Below the pieces are notes generated by a model. That model was not told the origin of the DNA, did not search any database, and worked only from the letters and a program-made list of their open reading frames with translations. Positions 51,597 to 64,000 of a stretch of 64,000 bases of DNA are shown piece by piece (within the stretch, counting starts at the first letter, position 1; each line of letters begins with the position of its first letter). Origin of the DNA: Octopus sinensis. Lineage: Eukaryota. The DNA lies in assembly GCF_006345805.1 (NCBI RefSeq), contig NC_043005.1, positions 73,098,001-73,162,000 of the forward strand, written 5' to 3'. The translations under genes and the position numbers were made by a program.

Positions 51597-52230
51597 TCTT
51601 TTCTACTCTAGGCACAAGGCCCGAAATCTTGGAGGAGGACGCCAGTCGATTAGATCGACCCCTAGTACGCAACTGGTACTTAATTTATCGACCCCGAAAT
51701 GATGAAAGGCAAAGGCGACCACGGCGGAATTTGAACTCAGAAGGTAAAAACAGACGAAATACCTGTTTCTTTACTACCCACAAGGGGCTAAACAGACAAG
51801 AGGACAAACAAGGACAGACAAACGGATTAAGTCGATTATATCGACCACAGTGCGTAACTGGTACTTATTTAATCGACCCCGAATGGATGAAAGTCCAAGT
51901 CGACCTCGGCGGAATTTGAACTCAGAACGTAACGGCAGATGAAATACCCATTTCTTTACTGCCCACAAGGGGCTATACACAGAGAGGACAAACAAGGACA
52001 AACAAAGGGACTAAGTCGGTTATATCGACCCCAGTGCGTAACTGGTACTTATTTAATCGACCCCGAATGGATGAAAGGCAAAGTTGACCTCGGCGGAATT
52101 TGAACTCAGAACGTAACGGCAGACGAAATACCACTAAGCATTTCGCCCAGCATGCTAACGTTCCTTATTTCTTTACTGCCCAAAAGGGGATAAACAAGGA
52201 CAGACAAAGGGACTAAGTCTATTATTTTTT
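51597..52230 (-). mobile_element. SINE family A tandem array
   Basis: Three cores at ~185-bp spacing plus an extra tail. Confidence 0.88.
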
Positions 52231-52388
52231 AAATAAATAGAACGAACATTACTTTATACATAGGCATATACTTTTCATTATTTTTAATCGGAAGATAGTT
52301 ACGGAAGTGACTCAAGGACAAAAATTTTATTTCTATAAGCGCGATGCGCAAAAACTCCGACTCTTGAGTCAATCTAGTACTCTTCTCT

Positions 52389-52810
52389 TAAGGCGGTGAG
52401 CTCGCAGAAACATTAGCACGCCGGGCGAAATGCTTTGAGGTATTTCGTCTGTCGTTACGTTCTGAGTTCAAATTCCGCCGAGGTCGACTAAGCCTTTCAT
52501 CCTTTCGGAGTCGACGAAATAAGTACCAGTTACGCACTGGGGTCGATATAATCGACTTAATCCGTTTGTCTGTCCTTGTTTATCCTATCTGTGTTTAGCC
52601 CCTTGTGGGTAGTAAAGTAACATGTATTTCGTCTGCCGTTACGTTCTGTGATCAAATTCCGCCGAGGTCGACTTTGCCTTTCATCCTTTCGGGGCTGATT
52701 AGATAAGTACCAGTTATGCACTGGGGTCGATATAATCGACTTAATTCGTTTGTCTGTCCTTGTTTGTCTTCTCTGTGTGTAACCCCTTGTGGGTAGTAAA
52801 GAAATAAGAA
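52389..52810 (+). mobile_element. SINE family A dimer (sense orientation)
   Basis: Head taaggcggtgagctcgcagaaac..., B-box-like gagttcaaattcc, core gcctttcatcctttcggggtcgat..aagtaccag, repeated. Confidence 0.88.
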
Positions 52811-53804
52811 ATAATATATATAGCTTAAGAAAGCTGAAGTATGTTACCATATTTACAGGTTTAAAAGAAAGGAACGGTAAAAACTAAGTGCTTGACATAT
52901 TGAAAGAAATCCCGGTCTAAATAAATGAGATATATAAACGTAATAATGTTCATGATTTACGTAGTAACGCATGAGCAGATTCAATCAGAAAGTAGAGATG
53001 GAAATTAAGATAATTGGCAGAATTTCAAAATCCTTCAATATTAATATACGCACTCGAAGCTGCATTAGATTAAAACGCAGGTGATTATATCACATTTATA
53101 ATATGTATGCAAACGTGAAAAGGCACTTAGTGTAATATTTTGTCTCGAAGAAAAAGCCGTTAAAAATTCAAACTTCGCTTAGAACGATGGTGGATAATTC
53201 ATCACGGCGTTTCGAGCTGATTCGAGTGATGAATACCTCAGGCGTTCTCAGCTGAGGCGAAGATACATATTTTGGTATTGAAATCGGTAAACGAAGTGTT
53301 TATTGATTTGTGAGAAATCTAGCCAAGCTAGAATCAAATTATCAAACACATTGGATATTGTTTCTTCTTTCAGTGTAAGTTACGAATATTGGTATTACTT
53401 TGATGTTAAACCTAGAATGAGATGTTAGCTTGATTTCTAGAACAGTTATTTTAATAGCATCTGCCTAAGTACACAGCTTGGAATCACTCATGCTGTGTTG
53501 TCCGTGTTACGGTATATGAATGGGAAGCCTTCAGGCATGATCCAACGCCCTGTTAAGGTCTACATAAGATTCTGTTCTAAATTATGATTGCATATCAGCT
53601 AAAATGATATAACTTACAGAAGGTACAAAAACTATCTTACATGTATTACCAAAATGTTATGTTCACAATACTTACTCTAGATTGAAATTCAGGAAGATAA
53701 CAACACTTCCCGATGTCTCAAACACAGTAGAGTGTTCTGAAAACCATCTCTTCTATGTAATATGGCCATTTTTTATTTAATTCAGAAACTGTCCATAAAC
53801 TTTT

Positions 53805-54459
53805 TACCATTTTTCTTTCACTTCTTTCAGTGACCAGACTGTGGCTAAGCTGGAGCGCCGCATCGAAGGGCTTAGTCGAACAAATGGACTACAATACTTA
53901 TTATGACTGATACATATTCTGTCGAGCTCTTTTGACGAACCACTGTGCGGATATAAAAACAACACTAGTTGTAAAGTGGTGGCGAGTAAGAAATGTAAGC
54001 ACACACACACGCATATACACGCGGATACATACAAACCTATAAAAGCATACACACACACACACAGACACACAGAGACTCACACACATATGTATTACTTTAT
54101 TATTTTATTTGTTTCAGTCATTTGACTTCAGCATTAGTCGAGCAAGTCGACCCCAAGACTTATTCTTCGTGAGCCTAATACTTATATATCTTTTGCCGAA
54201 CTGCTAAGTTACAGGGACGTAAGCACTCCAGTATCGGTTGTCAAGTGATGTTGGGTGGACACTGACGCACAAACACACACACACATATATATATATACGA
54301 CGGGCTTCTGTCAGTTCCCCTCTACCAAATCCATTCACAAGGCTTTGGTCGGCCCGAGGCTATAGTAGAAGATATTTGCCCAAGGTGGCTAGGCAGTGGG
54401 ACTGAACCCGAAACCAAGTGATTGGTAAGCAAGCCAGTCACCACACAGTCACTCCTGCG

Positions 54460-54526
<67 letters not shown>

Positions 54527-54725
54527 TGTGTACATACATACATACATACATACAAACATTCAGAGAGAGACGGTGAGAGAGAGAGAGAGAGAGGGACGGC
54601 TTTCACTCAGTTTCTATCTTCTAAATTCACTGTCAAGGTTTTGGTCGACCTTAGGCTACAGTAGAAAAAGACTTAACCAGAGTGGTGCACAGTGAAGCTG
54701 AACACGTGATTTCAAAGCGAGCTTT
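53805..54725 (-). mobile_element. Old SINE B (halves 53805-54000 and 54595-54725) with a younger SINE B (54095-54462) nested in its linker
   Basis: Order on the plus strand: diverged 3' half, microsatellite, intact copy, microsatellite, diverged 5' half. Confidence 0.7.
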
Positions 54726-55514
54726 TAGAGCCAGGGATGTGCTTGATATTATTCCGGCATTTACCAGAATTATTTCTTTTTCCTGTTATCAGATGTACGG
54801 TGGATCTCATTCAAGCTAGTATATATATCAGTGTCTGCTGAAACGTTCCTGGCTTCAAGGTTATTGAAAAAGGCCTAGCTGGAAGCCCACACGTCTGGGC
54901 TCTTTTATAAGGCTTACAAAAACGGAAGGACAGCTGCAATAAGTGCTTGAAACTGAAGGGGAGGAATACACTCAATAAAACCATAATTAACTGATCCTTC
55001 TGTATTTTCTTTAACCCAAAGCCAGGACCTTTTCAGCACACCCTCGTAAAATTTCTGGCGCTTCTACCCTTTAATTCGTGTCCATTTTATCATGATTTCT
55101 GCTTTTATTTGTTGTTATTGTTGATTGGCAGAAACTAGAACCTTATGGAGCCAGTCTTTATTCAAAACCGTATCAGTCATGGCGATCAATTCATTTTTTT
55201 CTTTTTCTCAGGTTTCTTGTGGTTTCGCCTGTGGTCTTACTTTTTGAAAACGAAACAGTATAATTTAAAAGGAATTCGGCAACTATTTCGAGAGGTACAG
55301 GCCTATGATAAAATTAAACAATGACATAATTTTACACAATACTAAGACTTTGAACGACTTTAAGGCATCTATCCTCTTGCAAGCGTTCGAGTAAGGTACT
55401 TTGTCTGATGATAATCTCTTCTTATCTACCAGACATGGAGCTCTTGGAAAGAATTGCACATGGGTGCTACCCATTCTCCTTCATCAAAACCACTTGAAAA
55501 TAACGCTTTCAAAA

Positions 55515-55715
55515 TTTGGCACAAGGCCAGCAATTGCAGGTAAGGGGTAAGTCAATTACATCGACCCCAATGATCAACTGGTACTTATATTATCAATCCT
55601 GAAAGTTTGAAAGCCAAAGTCAACCTCGGAGGTATTTGAACTCAGAACATAAAGACGGACAAAATACCGCTATGCATTTCCCGCAGTGCTAACTATTCTG
55701 TCAACTCACCGCCAT
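55515..55715 (-). mobile_element. SINE family A monomer, diverged
   Basis: Core and head match. Confidence 0.75.
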
Positions 55716-56473
55716 ATTTGACTATGAATATTAAAACGGTATACACTAAAAAAAAAAAATAAATAAAAATTGAGTCACTTTCCTACATTCTAATTCCGTA
55801 ACATTTTGAAGAATTTCCTCTTCTTTCACACGAAAATTTGCAGAGCTATTTGTAATATACTGTAAAGAACATCGGAAATAGAAAATTATTATAATGGTGG
55901 GTTATAAATGCTTGCATATATTATTTGAATTGTGTGATTGTGCGTGCATGTATGTATGTATATATGTATGCATGTTTACGTGTATATATATATGTATGAA
56001 TTCATGTATATTTGTATGTACGTATGGGTGTGTGTATATGTGTATGTATTTATATATGCATATTTGTATGTACGTATCAACCTATCTATTTATATATATA
56101 TCTGTCTGTCTATCTTTGTTTCTTTCTTCCTTCCTTCCTTTCTTTCTATCTTGATTATATATTGTGCTCAGTTGATAATGAATAGTATGGATGTACTTCC
56201 GTGTAGATGTATGAGTCGATACTAGAGACTAGACACGCTTGTCGTTACGTAATTGTCTTGGCTCTATTCTTTATAATAGATTAAACTATTGTTCGATACA
56301 TAAACAGCTATCTACTCCTAATACTACTACCACCATCACCTCCACGACTACTACTTCTACTACTACTTCTATTACTACTACCGTTGGTCACGATGATACA
56401 ACCCCAGTCTTCTTATTTGCCCAAATGACGATGAATTCAAATCAAAATTGCGTATATGCGTATAAACATATAT

Positions 56474-56627
56474 ATGGCGCAGGCGTGGCTGTGTGGTAAG
56501 AAACTTATTTCCCAACCTCATGGTTCTGGATTCAGTCCCACTGCGTGGCACCTTGGGCTAACGAAAGCCTTCTGAGTGGGTTTGGAAGAAGGAAACAGAA
56601 AGAAGCCCGTCGTATATATATACATAC

Positions 56628-56660
<33 letters not shown>

Positions 56661-56915
56661 AATGTATGTATGTATGTATGTATGTATGTATGTATTTATG
56701 TGTATGTATCTGTGTTCCTCACCCTGCCATCACTTGACAATCGATGCTGCTGTCCTTATGTCCCCGTAACTTAGAGGTCTGGCAAAAAAGGACTTAGAAT
56801 TAGGGTTACAAAGAATAAGTCTTGAGGTCGATTTCTTCGACTAGAACCCTTTATGGTTGTACTCCAGCATGACCGCAGCCTAATGACTGAAATGAGTGAA
56901 AGAATAAAAGAAGAT
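56474..56915 (+). mobile_element. SINE family B, full length
   Basis: ggcgcaggcgtggctgtgtggtaag...ctccagcatgaccgcagcctaatgactgaaa. Confidence 0.85.
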
Positions 56916-56917
56916 AT

Positions 56918-56961
<44 letters not shown>

Positions 56962-57164
56962 AAGGACTGTCTCGTGGTTAGACGACATATGATGGTTGGA
57001 CAATTTATCAAACAACCACGCAGATATTTGTTTATTGTGATCAGATGTTTTTCTACACATAAGCTCACTCCCTCCATCTAACCGTAAAATGTCATGAACA
57101 GTAACCTTTTTCATCTGACAGTCGCCTGCATCTTCAATTATACCATCTTCATAATTTTACTGTA

Positions 57165-57575
57165 TATTCTTCTCTACTCTAGGCACGAGGCCCGAAATTT
57201 TTGGGAAGGGGCCAGTCGATTAGATTGATCCCCAGCACACAAATAGTACTTAATTTGTCAACCCCGAAAGGATGAAAGGCAAAGTCGACCTCGGCGGAAT
57301 TTGAACGCGTAACGTAAAGACAGACAAAATACCTATTTCTTTACTATCCACAAGGGGCTAAACACAGAGAGGACAAACAAGGACAGACAAACGGATTAAG
57401 TCGATCACATCGACCCCAATGCGCAACTGGTACTTAATTTATCGACCCCGAAAAGATGAAAGGAAAAGTCGACCTCGGCGGAATTTGAACTCAGAACGTA
57501 GCGACAGACGAAATACTGCTAAGCATTTCGCCCGGCACCCTAACGATTCTGCCAGCTCACCGCCTTCCCTACAAC
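57165..57575 (-). mobile_element. SINE family A dimer
   Basis: Junction at about 57333; complete head ending in gccagctcaccgcc. Confidence 0.85.
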
Positions 57576-58361
57576 TAATATTGTCATTGCCTTGGCTACT
57601 TTAAAACAAATCCATCACCACTTCGAAATATAATTGTTACGGTTACTGCCACTAATACTATAAGTAGCGTACAAGTATTATTAAGATAAATAAATGTCTT
57701 TAAAATACCATTACTGATGTTAGTACTGCTGCTGATGCTGACTGCGTTACGAACAATGTAACTGTTTCGTTTGTTGTTGTTTTTTCTCAAAGAAATCAAT
57801 CGATTTTTGCATTTAACCAGTTTCCTTCCTATTCCAGTTTAGCGCAAATGCGTTTCAGTTAGAATTCATTTGATGCAATTTTCCGTCCTCAAAGCAAAAA
57901 TAATCTATGGCACAGGTGTGAAGTAAACCGATTCCGTAGAAATGCAAATAATAAAATGTATATTAGATAGTTAATTATAGGCCATCGATTTCATTTGATT
58001 TGAAAGATAATCTTTTTCTTCAGTAGAATGTTTAGATGGCACCAGTTTTATTTCCTTTCAATGCTGAAATGTCCACCACTTAATTTGATAGATTTATTGC
58101 TCGGCATTTCGAAGTTCGACATTTTGCTAAAAGTGTCGATTAAAAAAGACGATTCATGAAAACTTTTATGTTCTTTTCCCTTCCTTACGTAACACGATCA
58201 AACAATTGTAAAACACACGTCTGTATACAAATATACCACATGTATTATCATCCAGTTTGCAATAGCCATCAACCGCAATTTTTAGATCCCATTTGCAGCA
58301 AACGTGTCATATTTTCAGCTTAGTAGGCCGGAGCATAAGCAATGAATTTCCCGTATGTATA

Positions 58362-58594
58362 TATTTATTTACTACCCACAAGGGGCTAAACACAGAGAGG
58401 ACAAACAAGGACAGACAAACGGATCAAGTCGATTACATCGATCCCAGTGCGTTACTGGTACTTAATTTATCGACCCCGAAAGGATGAAAGGCAAAGTCGA
58501 CTCCGGCGGAATTTGAACTCAGAACGCAGCGGCAAACGAAATACGGCTACGCATTTCGCCCGGCGTACTAACGATTCTGCCAGCTCGCCGCCTT
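58362..58594 (-). mobile_element. SINE family A monomer with a 17-bp target-site duplication
   Basis: aatttcccgtatgtata at 58345-58361 and 58595-58611. Confidence 0.92.
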
Positions 58595-58875
58595 AATTTC
58601 CCGTATGTATAAATGTTTAATGGAGATCGCTATAAATATAGTTATACACAAATGTTCAATAAAATTTAATTCAAACAAATATAAAGGGCTTCATTAAGAC
58701 GTTGATTAAACTAATGAGCTTGCCAATGAAGTGATAGCGATTTTTATGATAACATACACTACCATAACGTTTTCTTATATTAATTAAACCAATATAAATG
58801 TGAACTTAGCATCTCTTTCAAATGGTGTATTTAGTAGAGTTCCTCCTGTGAAAGGTTGTATGTTGGTATTGATTT

Positions 58876-59170
58876 GTTGTCCCTAATTAGATTAGATCAG
58901 TAAGATTGATGGCTTTGCGATTCGATCTCTCGTTCTCATCTAGTGACCAGATTCAAAATGAATTTCGCCATTGGAGAATATAGCCCAATATTAGCTACTC
59001 CTACGCACGGTACACTCTGTAAATATAGTATTCTACCTGTGTAAGTTTGCATGTTATAACTGTTACGTTGTCCGTAATTAGATTAGATTAGTAAGTTTCT
59101 TGGCTTTGCGATACTATCGCTTTCCTTCGTCTAGTAGCAAGATTCAAAATCCACTTCACCATCGGCAATT
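58876..59170 (+). repeat. Diverged ~100-bp direct repeat, 191-bp period
   Basis: gttgtcc.taattagattagat.agtaag..tggctttgcgat..agattcaaaat at 58876 and 59067. Confidence 0.75.
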
Positions 59171-60194
59171 CTGTTTTCAAATAAATGTGATACTATGAAA
59201 GCTCCAGTGATTTGCTTAATTTAGTTAAATGTCAATAGCAAAACTATTATGTGAAAGCTATTTTTAAGAATATTTATATTGTAAAATATTCTCCCCTTTC
59301 TCCCCTTTCGAAAACATTAGAAATTCTTAAGGTTACCAGCATTGTTTGGAAAGAAAAGCACGTTTGATATTCTGCTTGGTGTGCAACTTACACTTATTAA
59401 CTCAATGAGCCATTAATTTTCTACAAGTAGGAAGGAATATTCTTTTTTAAAAAAAGAAAAAGCTACCTTATTTACCGTACAGAAACCATAGAAAGTTATA
59501 CAGTGTCAAGTCAAAAGGAACAATGCAAATTAAATAAGTAGATAGATGCATAGCCTCGAAAGAATTGATAAGTGATTACCAAAATATACGGTACTTTTCG
59601 CTTTTTGCTAACATGGTTGTCTTACTGGAGTTAAATTTTAATCTGGAATATCTTTGCGACTTATCTTAGTGCAGAGGCAAAAAATAAATACTGCTAATAC
59701 GTTTAAGCATTTCCAGTTGCTCAGTAACGAATTAAGGCAGTGGTTGTAAAGTTCAGAGCTTCAGTCCAAGGGAATTTAGAATTTTCAAAATATTTATAAC
59801 TCATATATTTAAGTGTGCTCCAGATATAATTTTCAAAAAGGAGCGGTCAAACTTTATAGATTAGGGCCTTGCCAAGTCCGCCCTTGTTTAAATTTCAATT
59901 TAAAATTTAGAATCTAGGAATTAATATAAATCCATAGATATATGTATACTCTTATGCATATATAAATATATATTATTGTAATTGACAACATTTTCAATGA
60001 GATTCTCAATTCAATGCAATATCAAATACTTTTTATGCTCTTTTTACAGGCAACAAAGACAGGAATGTAAATTTGAGGATATATATGCCATTTCTAAGGT
60101 GTAAATATATTGAACTTTCATCGCCAAAAAGAAAAATCGAACTCCTATCGTTAGCTACACTTCTTGTTTTATCGATCAAGAATATAAAAATGCC

Positions 60195-60415
60195 TTTCTA
60201 CTAGGCACGAAAATAACACGAGGCCTGCATTTTTGGGTGGGGAGACGGTAGTCGATTATATTGCTCTCCAGATTGGTACTTATTTAATCAGACTCCGAAA
60301 GGATAAAAGGCAAAGTCGACCTCGGTGAAATTTGAACTCAGAACGTGAAGACGGATTAAGTGCCGCTAAGTATTTTGCCTGCCGTGCTTACGATTTTGCC
60401 AACTCGTCGACTTAA
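60195..60415 (-). mobile_element. SINE family A monomer, diverged
   Basis: Core and head match. Confidence 0.72.
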
Positions 60416-61340
60416 TCACGTATATAAATATTAAACCGTAATACAAATGCAGGCACATTTTGAGAAAGTTTATAGTTGATTATATCGATTTCAGTACAGA
60501 ACTGGTGCTTTCTTTCATCGATCCTTTGAGGATTAAAGGCAAAATTAACTATGGCCAGAGTTGAACAGAGATCTTAAAGGAGCATAATTAAATGCCCCGA
60601 GCATTTTGTCCGAAACTCTAAAGATTCTTCCAATTCACAGCCTTAATTCACCAATAATTATTGTACACCAATACCATTATCTTCCTCATAAATCTTTACG
60701 AACTACAAACTAGCCTGCTTCAGTGCTTTCCGTGGTATCTAAGACATTACAAGGGAGATCAAAATATTTAATGAATGTTATTTTCGTTCTTTGGTATTTC
60801 ACTTTTGTAGCAAGTTTCCTGGCCACAGAACAGATGAGCTGCGAGTAACATGGAAAGCTAAGTTTAAATACAGGTTATTGGAAAAGTAAAATCAATTAAA
60901 GAAAAGAATTGCATCAGAATATAGTGACACAGGGCAATATAGTTTATTGTAAATTTTGGTTTCAATAATAGTGAGGGGGACACTTGAAATGAAGCGTGTT
61001 TATATTTATACTTGTTCTTTGCATCGTTTAGTTTGGAATTACATAGTTTTTGATTACATAAAGAAAAGGGAGTGAGGTGTGCATCTGGTTAAGCCCGATT
61101 CATCAAATATTCAAATACTATTTGATATGATTCTTATAGATCCTGTATTTGTATATATGCATGTATGTATGGTGTGAACGTGTATAATTCTGGGGAATTA
61201 ACCAACTCTGACAGTAAATACTGTTGCAAGTATAATAGGCTGAATTTATACGTATCAGATTAGCAACCTAAATACTAAGGGACCAGGCTAGGGTCCTTTG
61301 TTGTTGTTGTTTTCTTAAGTTTCCCTAAACGTATTAACGT

Positions 61341-61628
61341 GGAGGCTCAACGGCCCAGTGGTTGGGGCAGCGGACTCGCGTCGGAGCATCGTGGTTTCGA
61401 TTCCCAAACCGGACGTTGTGTGTGTTTATTGAGCAAAAACACCTAAAAGCACCACGATGCTCCGGCAGGGGGTGGTGGCGACTCCAGTGGTACTCTTTCG
61501 CCCCAACTTTCTCTCACTCTTTCTTCCTGTTTCTTGAGTAACGATGCCGTCCAGCTGGGGGGAACACATACGCCATAGAAACCGGGAAATCGCGCCCATG
61601 AGCCTGGCTAGGCTTGAAAAGGGCGCAT
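61341..61628 (+). mobile_element. Chimeric SINE: family C head/body joined to a family D tail
   Basis: Family C sequence to about 61533, then ccgtccagctgggggga..gccatagaaaccgggaa..cccatgagcctggctaggc as in family D. Confidence 0.8.
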
Positions 61629-62589
61629 AAAAATAAATATAAGTATTAACAGTACGTTTACCATCAAAGGAAACTCGAAACTAAGACCATCCTCACGCAT
61701 TATACGGAACATGCATTTTGCTGTAGGACGCTCGGGGACTTTAATGCATAAACAATTAGGAGAAATATTTTTATAATTCAGAAAACTAAACAGAAAACTA
61801 CCCCAATAAAGATAATTCACTTCACTTATGATATTTCTGCAGTCTCTGAGGAGCAATGAAATCAAAATATATGATTTCCATATATGAAAGCACTGTTTCA
61901 TATACAACTCGCATATCACATTCACTCATAAGTATGATATTTCCAAAATAGATCTATCTCCCCAGATTTGTTTTGTATCTTGAATTGTTTAAGATAATAG
62001 TTATGTTTGAAATTACAATTTGCTCTAATCGTTTTTACAAATTACCTTCAATTTGCAACATGGTTTATTGCTTCAAAATTTTATACAACAACCACACACA
62101 AAAAAGAAGCATCCTTACCTAGTTAGACCATTGGAATATTCTCATTTATCATGTTGCTACTTTATTCGATTGCAATAATAATGATAGAATAATCTATGAA
62201 GCAAAGAAGCAGGGTAGTTTACGTGCTGTTCAAAACAGCATTTTCACACCAGTAAATAGATTATTCCAAGTAATTTGCATGAATATAAGTAATATAGATA
62301 AAATTGTAATAGTGCAAAGAAGGTTCATACATGACGTTGATGCTATTCAGTAATCAAGAGTAAATATTATTTGTTAATCGTGTAGATTTCTGGCTCCACC
62401 TGAAAGTGTTTTTAACAGAAAGTATATTGCATCAGGTTTTAAAATATAATGTATAGTTATTTATTCACATTTAAAATTATTTATTAGCCAACATGATTTT
62501 CCTATTATAAATAAAAGTATCCTGATGGCTAACAGATAATGTGATTATACATAGATACACGCATGCACGCACAGAAAGATACACAAACA

Positions 62590-62744
62590 TACATGTATGT
62601 GTGTGTACGCGTACATACATGCATACACATAGACACACACATAGACACACACATATATATATATAAATATATATATATACATGTATATATATATATATAT
62701 GTTTGTATATATGTATGTATATATATATGTACGTATATATATGT

Positions 62745-62776
<32 letters not shown>

Positions 62777-62837
62777 GTATGTATATATATGTATGTATAT
62801 GTATATATATGTATATATATATACATGTATATATATG

Positions 62838-62869
<32 letters not shown>

Positions 62870-62975
62870 TGTATGTATATATATGTATATATATATGTAT
62901 GTATATGTATATATATATATATATATGAATATGTGTATGTATATATATATGTTTATATGTATGTATATATGTATG
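62590..62975. repeat. Degenerate (CA)/(TA)/(TATG) microsatellite
   Basis: Read directly from the sequence. Confidence 0.96.
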
Positions 62976-63380
62976 TATTCTTCTACTCTTTTACTTGTTT
63001 CAGTCATTTGACTGTGGCCATACTGGAGCACCACCTTTAGTCGAACAAATCGACCCCAGGACTTATTCTTCGTACCTATTCTATCGGTCTCTTTTACCGA
63101 ACCTCTAAGTTACAGGGACGTAAACACACCAGCATCGGTTCTCCAGCGATATTGAGGGAACAAACACAGACACACAAACATATGCACACACATACACACA
63201 CTCACATATATATATACAACGGGCTTCTTTTAGTTTCTGTCTACTAAATCCACTCGCAAGGCTTTGGTCGGCCTGAGCCTATAGTAGAAGACACTTGCCT
63301 AAGGTGCCACGCAGTGGAACTGAAACCGGAACCATGTGGTTCGTATGCAAGCTACTTACCTCACAGCCATTCCTACGCTT
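62975..63380 (-). mobile_element. SINE family B, full length
   Basis: Family B consensus match. Confidence 0.88.
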
Positions 63381-63529
63381 ATATATGTATATATGTATAT
63401 GTGTGTGTGTGTGAGTGTGTGTGTGTGTGCGTATGTGTGTGTTTGTGTGTGTGTGTGTGTGTGTGTAGTGAAGGCGCATAGCTTAGTAGTTAGAACGTCG
63501 AGTTTACGATCGTGATGTTGTTTCTACGG

Positions 63530-64000
63530 CGACTTTCAGAATGATGTCATATCTAAATCTCAATGTGGCTTCCGATCTGGTAGAGGGACAATGGATATGA
63601 CTTTCACAGCAATATATATATACAGCAGAAGTGCTATGAGCAGAATGTGGATCTTGTCCAGGTTTTCATTGATTTAACGAAGGCCTTTGATACTGTGAAT
63701 ACGGCATTGCTATGGAAAATACTTAGCAAACTTGGATGTCCGGATCACTCTGTATCTATAATTATATCATTTCATAGTGGGATGGAGGCTTAGGTCAATG
63801 TTGGTGGGGGCATGGACGGAGCCATTCCTGAAGAGAATGGTGTCAAGCAGGGTCACATCCCTCCCCCAACTCTCTTTTCTTTGTACTTTGCTGCTGCTTT
63901 TACTAATGCTTTTGCTCAGGTTAGCTCTCTGGGAATATATGTCAAATATCGACCTTCCGGCGGTTTCTTTACTCTGCGCCGATTTGCTGCCAATTCAAAA
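63530..64000 (+). pseudogene. RTE/BovB-like LINE RT fragment running off the window end
   Basis: SQCGFRSGRGTMDMTF ... QVFIDLTKAFDTVNTALLWKILSKLGCP ... ENGVKQGHIPPPTLFSLYF, with a stop and a frameshift. Confidence 0.9.

Noticed and set aside
51597-52810. Regularly spaced repeats superficially like a CRISPR array
   Set aside because: The whole ~185-bp unit repeats with no unique spacers; it is SINE sequence in eukaryotic DNA with no cas genes.
53198-53233. ttcatcac...gtgatgaa hairpin containing tcgaaacg on the minus strand
   Set aside because: An 8-bp stem with no ribozyme core; compatible with chance.

Overview
Eukaryotic, AT-rich, microsatellite-dense animal DNA. The SINE families and repeat landscape look like an octopus/cephalopod genome (inference from pattern recognition, not a database hit). 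Only one intact protein-coding gene is supported: an uninterrupted class A GPCR ORF on the minus strand (21252-22376) with variant DHY and DPLIY motifs. A splice acceptor lies just upstream of its ATG, so an upstream 5' exon is likely. Everything else is repeat-derived. There are four tRNA-headed SINE families (labelled A-D here), four decayed RTE-type LINE RT fragments, a Ty3/Gypsy 5' remnant, MITE/foldback elements and many simple repeats. The most interesting region is 25.4-33.7 kb. It holds a nearly intact, 5'-truncated Penelope-like element (RT + GIY-YIG, one frameshift) bracketed by inverted terminal arms, and each arm carries a non-canonical minimal hammerhead-ribozyme-like motif. Three more minimal hammerhead-like motifs lie nearby, two of them in a short (TA)n-embedded family arranged as an inverted pair. 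The region also has a near-perfect 77-bp-arm hairpin and two foldbacks. All calls were made by eye; repeat boundaries are approximate to within a few to tens of bases. Almost all ORFs in the supplied track are microsatellite or SINE artefacts.
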